From Amoeboaphelidium protococcarum X5 (lineage: Eukaryota > Fungi > Aphelidiomycota): a stretch of 64,000 nucleotides of DNA. The stretch spans positions 62,001-126,000 of the forward strand of contig JALDTO010000181.1 in assembly GCA_023515725.1 (NCBI GenBank), written 5' to 3'. The notes under the pieces were generated by a model. It had not been told where the DNA came from and did no database searches. It was given only the letters and a program-made list of their open reading frames with translations. A program made the position numbers and the translations under genes. Positions 54,049-64,000 of this stretch are shown here, piece by piece (positions within the stretch are counted from its first letter, which is position 1; every line of letters begins with the position of its first letter).

Positions 54049-54673
54049 GAGAAGTATGATAAGTACGGCTTAGATAGAAAAACGGAATTAAATTTTAAGC
54101 TTTTAATATGAGAAGTCTTAATTAATCTCTTTCTCCACAAGGAGCAATAGAATGAACAAGGCTCCATCCTTAACTTAGGTTCTAATTCAGGTCACTCCCA
54201 TCAATAGCTCGCGATCTCCGGATAACATCAGTAGCAAATTCGCCAACTTGTCAAACTATTTGAGATTCAGCAGATTGAAGATCGTTAAATGTGAGAGTCA
54301 AAAGCCCATGAACATTTGACACGGTACGCCCACCGCGATCGCGTCACTCACACCGCACGGCACAGTTATCTATCTGTTCGTGCAATTTTAAAGTCAGTTC
54401 TTAAAACTATTCATAAAACGACAGTGCATGAATCCCCAAAATGTAATGATTATAATCCCTGTAGGTGTTTGAGAGTTTTACTCATAGATTTACAGTAATC
54501 ACATTCATCTCAATGTATATTCGTTCGCACGTTGTTGTTTCAAGTCGAGGCAAGCGAACAAATTTCATCCCCGTGTCTCTTCTACTCCCTCGTCACTCAT
54601 ACTATTCTGTTAATACATAAAACTGCAAGGTGTTACGGTATATTGCGTGGCGATTTTCAAAGTTCAATTCAGT

Positions 54674-56196
54674 ATGGAGAGCGGAATTGTGAATGGGAGA
54701 TATTACTTGCAAGAAATGGTTGGAGAGGGATCTTATGGCTAGTAATCTTTCACCTTAATTTTTAAAAGTTCTGACATTCTATCATCCTTCTAAAAAATTT
54801 AAAGTCTTTGTAGAGTATGGCTGTCCCTTGACATGGAGTCTCATAATCAGGCTGCCTTGAAATATTTGATATCACGTCTGCAGATAAGCCTACTAAGTAG
54901 CGAATTCAGAATGAGATAAAAACTTAGAAGTGTTTGGGTCGTCACAATAACATTCTCCAGTTTTACTAATCTTGGCTTTAATAACCTTTGGTATTCTGTG
55001 CCATAGAGTATGCTGCTGGTGGTGAATTGTTCGACAAGATTCAGCCTGACGTAGGCCTTAATTCTAGTCTTGCCCATCACTACTTTCAGTAGCTGATCAG
55101 TGGACTGGAACATATGCATAAACACGGTGTGTGTCATCGTGACATTAAACCAGAAAATCTTTTGCTCGATTCTGATGGTTAGCTGAAGATTGCAGATTTT
55201 GGATTCGCCACATTTTACATTGTGAACGGAGTGGTGCAGCGCAAAAGTCTCATTTGTGGATCGCGGCCGTACTGTGCACCTGAAGTATTCTTTGAGAATT
55301 ATAATGGCCAGCTGGTGGATATATGGTCATGCGGAATTGTGTTACTGGTAATGCTGACTGGGTAGTTGCCGTGGACTAGCGCTACAGAGGGCGATTAAGA
55401 GTTTGAACGCTTTGTCAATCTGTATTATAACGATCGCAGTCAACTGAAGAACGTATCTCCTTTCCCAAAACTGGATAGTGAAGAAGTGTTCCAACTGTTA
55501 TGTGCAATGTTGAGTGTCTAGGAAGAGGATCGATGGTCTGTGTAGTAAATTAAGAGTTGTAGGTGGTTTAGATAAAGGCGATTGAATCCATCTACTGAAG
55601 ATATTACTTGTTCTCTGCTGTCTCAAATGGATATTGATGATGTTATGGCATCACAAGACTTCATAGAGCCTACTTCGGTATCAGATACGATACGAAATAG
55701 TGATGGTGATCAAGATTTCGCACTGTCCCAGCCAGCGATGATGTCAGAGAGAGGTGCCATGCAGACATCTGTTGTCCAGTATAAATTCTCATAGTCTGAC
55801 GCGATCAGTATGGATGGCTTTCTGGGAACTCTGAGAACTCAAATGACCACACAAGGTCGCCAATATCCACTTGGAAATAGATTGACGCGATTTTATGCTT
55901 AGGCTCCATCTATAGACGTTATAGCTGAGAGACTGTGCGCAATTCTGAGTGAGTATCTAATACAGCATAGAGTGAATGGTTAGGCTATAGAGTTTGACAC
56001 TGCTGATAGGCGCAAAATACCACTGAAGGGTCAGATTCGGCTGCAAAAGTTGTCCAATGTTGAACACTAACGTCATCAACCTATTCCCATAATTCTGGTC
56101 AATTTTGTTAAAACAAGAGGAGATCCTATGGAGTTTAAGAGATTGTATTACGATATTAAGACCCAGTGCAAGGACTTGATTTGTAAAATACATTGA
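54674..56196 (+). pseudogene. CHK1: Checkpoint kinase Chk1 with an apparent 1-nt deletion (pseudogene or assembly error)
   Basis: Exon 54674..54741, intron 54742..54813. GEGSYGQV..AALK is followed by a frame switch at about 54861 to IFDIT..EYAAGGELFDKIQPDVG, HRDIKPENLL and the KA1 motifs RLTRF and GDPMEFKRLY. Confidence 0.85.
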
Positions 56197-56689
56197 CCAT
56201 ATCTGCTACGCAGAGATGTGCTACCTCATTAACTTTTCCAAACATGATGTTCTCTCACTTCATAGTAACGATTAAAATGACTTGACGCGACCTTAAATGA
56301 GTAATCTTCTTTTTTGATCTTTGTATCCTTGGCGCACGGCTAACAGTGATATAGTTCTTAGATAGGGGACATGGATAGGCATTAAGAAGTAAGGTCTCAA
56401 GTCTGCAGTGTTCATATCTAACACCCAGGGACTCGTCTACAGTATTAGGTATATTTACTTCATAGAACGGGCGGGCAGGGACTGTAAAAAGCAGAAGTGC
56501 TGACTAACGAAACGATGACTAAAAGGCGAACCGTAAATACTGATGGTTTGCTTTAACTTCGATTCTATTCAATTCTGTTTATATTGCTGCTTTGTCTACT
56601 GATAGAAATAGTGAGTAACTTTACACGTATAGATTTCCGTGTTGTTTTGCTATCGCAGCCCTATGGCTGCGTAGTTCTTGTGTAATAAA

Positions 56690-57170
56690 ATGTCACAAAT
56701 TGTTGAAATTTAGAAGAGCTTTACATAAAGAAGTGCTGCAAACGCGTGGCTTTGATGGCAATGACCCTCGCGGTAAACTGGCGAAGTGGTATCTGCACAA
56801 ATTGGAGCTTGATCTTCTAGCCACTGATAGCGGATGCATGGTAGTTTTTGAAGACTGGATGATGCATGCTACTGCTGAAAGTTGATTAAGGGAGTCACGG
56901 GGAATGTCATAAGTTCCCCGTGGTCTCTGACAGAGTTTGTGCACGCCAAGTCTCGCACAAACTCTGTCAAACTTACTCTGGAGGCTGACAAGGTGTTCAG
57001 CGTGGACCTGTCAGGCTCCAACTACTCCGCGTCAGCTTGCCTGAAATTGCCTTTAAGGGAAGACAGGAAGAACACGAATAGATATAACGCTTTCTACTGT
57101 ATATGACGGCTGTTCAGGTTCGGTGGTGACATTACGCTTGGCTGTTGGACAACTACTCTACTTTATAAGG
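56690..57170 (+). pseudogene. Short frameshifted coding remnant
   Basis: Abutting ORF pieces 56700-56885 and 56882-57106 in different frames with TGA stops; no family recognised. Confidence 0.25.
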
Positions 57171-57384
57171 ATCGAGTATATTACAAAACAAAAGTCTCAA
57201 TCAAGTAGATGATAAGTAAAGAAGTAATGACTCCGGGTCTGAAATAAAATATATAGTATATACTGTCATTGTTACGTCAATTTCCTATCCACTATGTATA
57301 ACGCTTCACCGGACAGAAAATGACAGATGGCACTCATCCACCCGGCATAAAACCAACCCATAGTCTTCATTACACATATTGAGT

Positions 57385-60009
57385 TCACCCTTGCTGACTT
57401 GCCTCTTCATACTCTGATTGCATAACTTTGACTCGTGCAAGGGCCTTGCGGGCATAATCTAAATTGCCCAATTACTTGAACCGCAAAGCCATCTACTTAT
57501 GATCCTCAATTGATTACTTCAACTGCGCAAGATACCTCTCCATAGTCAACTGTCCAGTTTACACTTGGATAACTAACAGATTCATCTTGAGATCAACACG
57601 CTACTTCAAATCATTGAGGTCATCGACAGACTTGCCACTTCTAGTACTCCTCTGCTCAGCAATAGCTTTTATAGTCTCCGTTTACAGCATTTCCAGAACG
57701 TTGTTCGACACTATCGCCTCAATATTATCAAACTGTTCAATTAGTTGCTCTAGTAGTTAATCATCACGAGCACTTTATGACTGTCCCGTCTTAGGAGATA
57801 CAGCAGCAGTACTAGAAATGGAGGTATTGGCCGATGCTGGCGAAACACCAGATGAAGACTTTTGCATGGTCGATGAGGCACTATTGAGAGACTTGGATTA
57901 ACTATCTACATTCAGTTCTGCAGCCTAATTCCTGTTAAAATCAGGCGATAAAGCGGTAGAGGTAGACGAAGTAGGTGGTTATTTAGGAGACGGCATGTTA
58001 GATTATGGCGTATAATCTCCAATAAACAACCACTTATCATCCAGAGTAACGATATCAGGCTTGAGCACGGGCTATCGTAATCTAACCTACACTTCCAACG
58101 TGGCACCAGTCTCTCTTTTAGAATTCCCTTCAATTAAAGGCAGGATGGAGTATACCATACTTTCAGAGAGTAATTGATCCAACTTCAACTAAGCCCTTCC
58201 AATTAATGCCGACTTGCGCAAGAATCCTCGATAATGATAAAGATCAAAGTTCATCTTCTTCCGTTCAACGTAACGCTGAAATGATTTATTTCTCTCTATA
58301 CGAGCCACCTTGATAAAATCAAATTGAGGATTCTACGTCTTACGCACAACTGGAGTATCACCTTTTACTGCATTATCTCCACCGGTAACATCACCTATAT
58401 CCCACGAAATGAACGAGTCAATCTAAGCAGGCGATACTTCCTTACTATCAAGACCGGTGGCTCTGACAATCTTCAACTCCAAATCTTAAAGAGACAGATC
58501 TGTGAATAGACGATTATATTGTAACCGGATCTAACGATAATAAAACTATGGAAGATACCTTGAATCTTGCTTTGTCAACTCACTCTCCACTTGAATAAGA
58601 TCAGCATTGAAATCCTTTTTATATTTATGAAATTCCAATGCTCTCCCTTTATCACCATTCTTTAGATAATACTAAGACGCCTAAGTGCACAACTCTATCT
58701 GATCTTTCAACTTTTGCCTAATCTATTATAATAAATCTCTATTATCAGCAGATGGTATTACAAACTGTAAATTGCTATTACTATTACTTTTCACAGAATC
58801 AGTATTGGACTGCTTCTAAGGCACTTTAGGTGGCGGCTATGGAAGTTTCTTTTAGTCTTGAGTATTAGGTGGACTCTGCGCAGAGGGCACTTTACTCATA
58901 TCAATCTTTTATCCATCACGAGCTTGCTGAATAAACTACTCAACTAGCTTACACTTCTAAAGCATATCCCTCGCTCCCTGAATATCATCCAACTTTTTGC
59001 ACCTAATAGCCTGGGATTTAAAGAATCTCTACCGCTCCTAAAGCTCTTAAATCAACAATCCATCGACAGATGGTTTAACACTAGACTGTCCATCTTAGAC
59101 ACTATTCGATCCAGGTGCCACAGTCGAGATTTACCTCACAGACGATGATAGCTCTTGCAACCGTTGCTCTAGCTACTTGTAATTCTAAAATACTAAACGC
59201 GCCGCAACTTTATCACCAGATTAATTTTGCTGAGCAGCTTTCACCTTCTCCAATCTCACATACTTTGTCATGACTTACACATCTTTACACTGCAACTTCA
59301 TTTCCAACGGAATCGAGTCATCATCTTCTACAGATGGCTCCAAAGTTTATGCAGGTACCTCCTTCTATTAAACACTTTACTTATTCTGGTTCTGTTATTT
59401 AATATGATGGAATTCTTGCTAGTGTCTTTATTAAGAGTTTTAAGCATCATATTCATCTTCATGATCAGCAGAATCAATAGGATGACCAGTTAGGGCGTGA
59501 AGTTCAGCAAGAAGTTGATGATCATTTAAATCTTCATCTGTAACTTGGACATGAACATCATCATTATCTGAAATTGCACCACCACCACCACCACCACCAC
59601 CACCACCACTACTACTATTAATTACAGCCTGCAATTACTCTGGAGATAGTTCAGTACGCTATTGCTTTAATTACTATGACTAAACTGCTTGAGACCTTAT
59701 CTATCTACTCTAAACTACTTGGCTCTAAATAGAAACTTTCTCTTATAGAATAAAAGCAGCAGCAGAAGCAGCAGTATCATCCCCGCCAGATAATAACTAC
59801 AATTCAGCAAGTAGAGCTGGGTCATTCATGTCCTCATCAGTAAAGTCCACCAGCACGTTATTTCCATCATAATCATCATCCTCGCCAGCTGACCCAATAC
59901 TCATTCCATTCAGAGATTGCATCAGATTATTAACATTAAAGTCATCAGCATAATCTTCCCCAAGTTTATTGCTATTATTACTTTTATAGTCCTATCGTTA
60001 TCTGAACAT
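57385..60009 (-). CDS. CC2D1/Lgd-like protein (DM14-like repeats plus C2 domain)
   Basis: 874 aa with DEDMNDPALLAEL repeats, helical A..KK.GD...A repeats, a C2-like region (DTPVVRKTQNPQF, IGRAQLKLDQL) and C-terminal LVIQVQTGQLTMERY. Confidence 0.75.
59578..59607. repeat. (ACC)n microsatellite encoding poly-Gly in the CC2D1-like gene
   Basis: About 10 ACC units, read as GGT codons on the minus strand. Confidence 0.9.
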
Positions 60010-60221
60010 TTCAAGTGCTTGTTGTTACTATATGATCTGGATCTTTGACTCTAAAGAAATGAACGGAATGAAGGGCGGCTTCAAAAGTGACGCGCGTCGG
60101 AGACACTGAAGGCAATGAGCCGTGTTAAATGACATTAGATACATGGTGGATATTGGTATATATAAGTATGCGTATAATGATGGAGATAAAGATAGTAGGT
60201 ATAAAACATATCAATTTAATA

Positions 60222-63200
60222 TCATTTCTTAACGCGGCGCCTGTCACGACGTAATCGCTCTTCTTCGATTAGGCGCAACTGATAGGCCAGCAGTTGACCC
60301 TTTTTACTGGCAGACAATTATTTTAACTTTTATGGCGATGACTTTTAAGCTTAATCTGAAGAGTTGATGGTCATATTCGGCGCATCCACTCTATTATCAA
60401 CAACACCTTTTAATTCGGCCGACACTGCAATATCCTGGTCGAATTCATCCTGATCATTATCATCGAAATTCTGAGCGGTAGAGGTGGCCAATATTACTCG
60501 CGCCTCTTAAATACGCTCAGACATTCGTTCCATAGTTGGCTCAAACTTCATAACTACTTTGTGATCAAATTCTATGCCATACGTCAACTTGATAAAGTAA
60601 GTGATTCTCCTAGCATATACCTCGTTCCCTTTCAAATCTTGTACAAAATCAGCCCGTGATAATTGACGTCCTCCGCCACTACTAGTTATATTACTCCTGC
60701 CAGACAATATGCTGGCAATAGGTTCATTTGGCAAAACTTTGATGTAAATCTGGCCCAGAGTTGCAATAATGTCCTCGAACGAGTTCGGATGACTAGGTGG
60801 AAGAACGGGAGATGCCAACATACTAGGACTAAGTAGAAGGCTCTCCTGACTACTGCTAATGTTACTTTCTCCGTCACCTTATACCGATATCTACTGTCCA
60901 GAACCACGTCTTGACCAGGACTAATATTACTACTATCCACTAATACTACTGAACTATAAGACATCCAAATCTAAAGCTGGTTTTGGAGTAACTGCAATCT
61001 CAAAAAGTCCACTGATAGCTGCCACGTTATACTTCTCATTGAGATGAAGTCTTGCCTCATAAACTCCAACCTCCCAAGGTAAATTGTCCTTCTCAAACAT
61101 CAACACGCCGTGCTAACCATCTTTAGATCCACCGCTATCATCACCGGTGTCCTGTTTCTATTCAAAAACACCATCAGACAAGTATTTGTATGCCCCATGG
61201 CTACTAGCAGACGTGATAGACTTTGAGGTATTGGCAGTGACTTTATACAATCCGATCCAGTCTTTAGGCGAGTGATTAGGGGGAGCTGTCCACTATATCT
61301 TGATAGAATCTCCAAGTTCAAATTTCTATAATCCTCTCTGATCGCCACCATCTATCATAACAGGTTATAATAAAGATACAGAATACTTTTAATCAAGATC
61401 CGCGTCTTTGCTAGATGAACCACCAGTTTCAGTTTTTAACAATTTAACATCCTATAGCTTGTTTCCGGCCTCTACTATCAACTGCTTGGTATCCTTGATA
61501 ATCTCTTCAATCCTGGGTTTTGCCACATCCACGAGAATCTTCTCCACGTCATTTAGATTAGATCCGACAGCCTTCTCAAGCTTTGACACCAGAGCCTCAC
61601 CAGCCTTGTTCAAATCAAGTACAATCTTGGCAACTTCATGGAGTACCGCATTATCTGGCTAACTGGTCAAAGTCTTCTTTAGCTGATTCTTTATCGTCTT
61701 GCTAACACCAGAGTCAATTCGTAATTTATCACCATACAGACGCCGCATGTGAGGTGTCTCTACATACTCTAAGAACCACCAGTTCACCAGGTGACTGAAT
61801 AGAGTAAGCGCAAAGATACTACCACTACCACTGATTAGAGTAAGACCATAGAAGGAAGCCATACCGAGAATCTTCTCTGGATTATTCAAATACCGATATA
61901 TGCCAGTGTAATGCAACTAGGCGGGAAACTCTTCAATGAAAAAGTCTGCATAGAACCAGCCAAACTCACCGAGGACATTGAAGACAGACTTTGACATCCA
62001 CGCGTGAAGAGCCACCAGACTTACCCCCAATAACAGGCGCACAATGAACTAACCTTCCACCAGGAGACTGATCTAAAATGTGTTAAAATGCAACTTCATC
62101 GCCACAATCGCAAATGAAGCATGTGTCATTGTAAGACAGAAATTGTAGATACACTTCCAACTGTTGAATGCCTCCTAATTTGTACCACCGTACTTGATAA
62201 AATGCTTCGTGTACAACTTATCCTTACTCTGCAGTCTAAGTAAGAGTCCTAGTACTACAGAGTAGAGGACTCGCCACACCAGTGCCTATGCAAAGAGAAA
62301 TCCGTTTGATCCAAACATGGCCACAACGCACATTTATAACAGAGTACATACAACGGCCAAATCTTGGAATCTACACAGATCCAAATTCTGGAATACAACC
62401 AGGTCACGTCGAAAGTAAGCAGACGATGATCCTGACCGTTTCCCATACAAAATCTCTTTAGATCTAGGATCAGTCTTCCAGGACAGGTCGGAGTTGCCGT
62501 ATATCTTTTATATATGCGGCTCTTCCACCAGGTACAAGAATATAAACTGCGCCGAATGGGCCAGTATGGAGACAGCGAGCACTATATAACTATTGGAGAT
62601 TAGCGATATGCCATAGTATCCCGCGTAGCCAATGGAGTACATGGGATGAGGTGCCATCTCAAAGACACCATCAAAGTGCAGCGTGGAGTCTAGCTGGAAG
62701 AAGAAGTCACCCCAGAACCAGGCATAATCTTGAACCACTCGGTGCGCGTCCAGCTTGACCCAGATATTGAACAGAATGAGCAATACTCCACCAATAAGTC
62801 TCAATAGGTCAGCGATACCAAAAGATTATATAGAAGTACCACCACCTGTCCAGCTAATAGTAAAAGACATGGCAAATACAATGTACGCCACAAAATCATT
62901 GACCAAAATGAGATCTACAAGATTTCTAAAGAGCAGCCAAGCGTTATACTCTAACGGTACCTAGTCAAAGTCATAATCTGGGCCCATCTTCTTAGACAGC
63001 TCCTCCTTCATGAACGAATATAACCACTTCCTGTCCTTGTTATCGCGATCGAACAGCTAATACCGAGAACACAGATCAGTGAACCAGTTCTCATCGCTCT
63101 ACTTCTTCAACACGTACCCCAGGCCGGCATTGTACATTAGCCTCCAGAATGCGAATACCAGCAGGAAGAACCACTTCTTATCATAGAATAATGCAAACAT

Positions 63201-63365
63201 GATTATATTACAACCTGCAAGTCCCATAGTGCCAAGTTCTAGCACAGTGTGAGTCTTTCTACTTGGTGGCCAACTGGAGAACAGGTTAGCCAACATATCC
63301 TACGTCTTTGGCACACTGAACAACTTGCCATCTCGAGTCTTTCCCGTCTATTACACAGAATTCAT
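60222..63365 (-). CDS. CHO2: Phosphatidylethanolamine N-methyltransferase (fungal Cho2 type)
   Basis: 1047 aa with [71 protein letters not shown] and [10 protein letters not shown]. Confidence 0.95.
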
Positions 63366-63686
63366 ATAAAGATCAGTAATGACTAACAAAAATATACAGT
63401 CAATGATTAATATAAACTTTGATTACGAACCCAAGCCACGCTGTAACTGAGATTAAACGGGAAGATTGGCTTTCGTTGATCGAACTGAGCCGCGCGATCT
63501 TGCGACAATTCCTCAGATATCTCCCTCTCCCTTCTCTCACACCTGCTGTTAAGAGAATACGACGAATGTCTAGTGAGCAACGCCGTCAAGTAAATAGAAA
63601 ATAGAAATAATGAAAAAAGTATCAAACTACTACTACGACTACTATAAATCTTCGTTATTTAACCCTCAAATCACGCTTTTAAAATA

Positions 63687-63998
63687 TCACTGTAAGACTT
63701 CAAATTTATTGGATGCAGATTGAGTTGAAGTCTACTCCTCGGTGATGGCTGAAATCTAATCAACTGACCCAATTGCAGGGATGGGATTGCGCTTCTTCTA
63801 TTCTGAACCAGGTGCTTGGTCTTTATCTGCCGCGTTCATTGCCTGACTCACAATGTTCTACATTGGAATTCCACGTTTACCGCTGTGAGGCGATCCACCA
63901 TGAGAGCGATGTCCACTGCTGATAGAGTCAGTTTCAATGGAGCCACTGGAATTGATACTGTGTCTAGCGGTACCTCTCAGAGCCTTGAAAACGTGTAA
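63687..63998 (-). CDS. 3' end of a gene truncated by the window edge
   Basis: Open frame LHVFKALRG..KFEVLQ-TGA running off the end of the window. Confidence 0.5.
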
Positions 63999-64000
63999 TT

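Noticed and set aside
56466-56505. Box C/D snoRNA guide (ACGGGCGG and GGGCAGGGAC complementary to 18S rRNA)
   Set aside because: No properly placed C and D boxes; the match is short enough to be chance.

Overview
Gene-dense, intron-poor eukaryotic nuclear DNA from a fungus-like (holomycotan) organism. It uses a non-standard code: TAA and TAG encode Gln and TGA is the only stop. The supplied ORF track is fragmented for this reason. Retranslating by hand with TAR=Gln gives about 30 intact genes: MAK3/NAA30, FEN1, a DPB11/TopBP1-like protein, an ARID protein, a YccF-like protein, a RAD9/53BP1-like protein, ALDH6A1, two tandem PMCA-type P2B ATPases, bL36m, WDR6/TRM734, ELP6, RNR2, PTM1/TMEM87, IBA57, TOM22, a LUD-domain protein, CTF4, ACB1, PEX14, TOA1, APS2, HOG1, RET3, a GPI-like surface protein, DOT5, a CC2D1-like protein and CHO2. 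The window also holds a frameshifted CHK1 and several decayed ORFs. Fungal-type genes plus TAR=Gln point to the aphelid Amoeboaphelidium protococcarum (inferred, not searched). The most notable observations are: both P2B ATPases lack the canonical Ca2+-site residues in M5, M6 and M8; two wobble-34 tRNA-modification genes sit head-to-head; a structured GC-rich element with an adjacent four-unit repeat array lies at about 14.1-14.6 kb; introns end in a near-invariant TGTAG; and several genes end in TAR-TGA. All coordinates and family calls come from manual translation and motif recognition.
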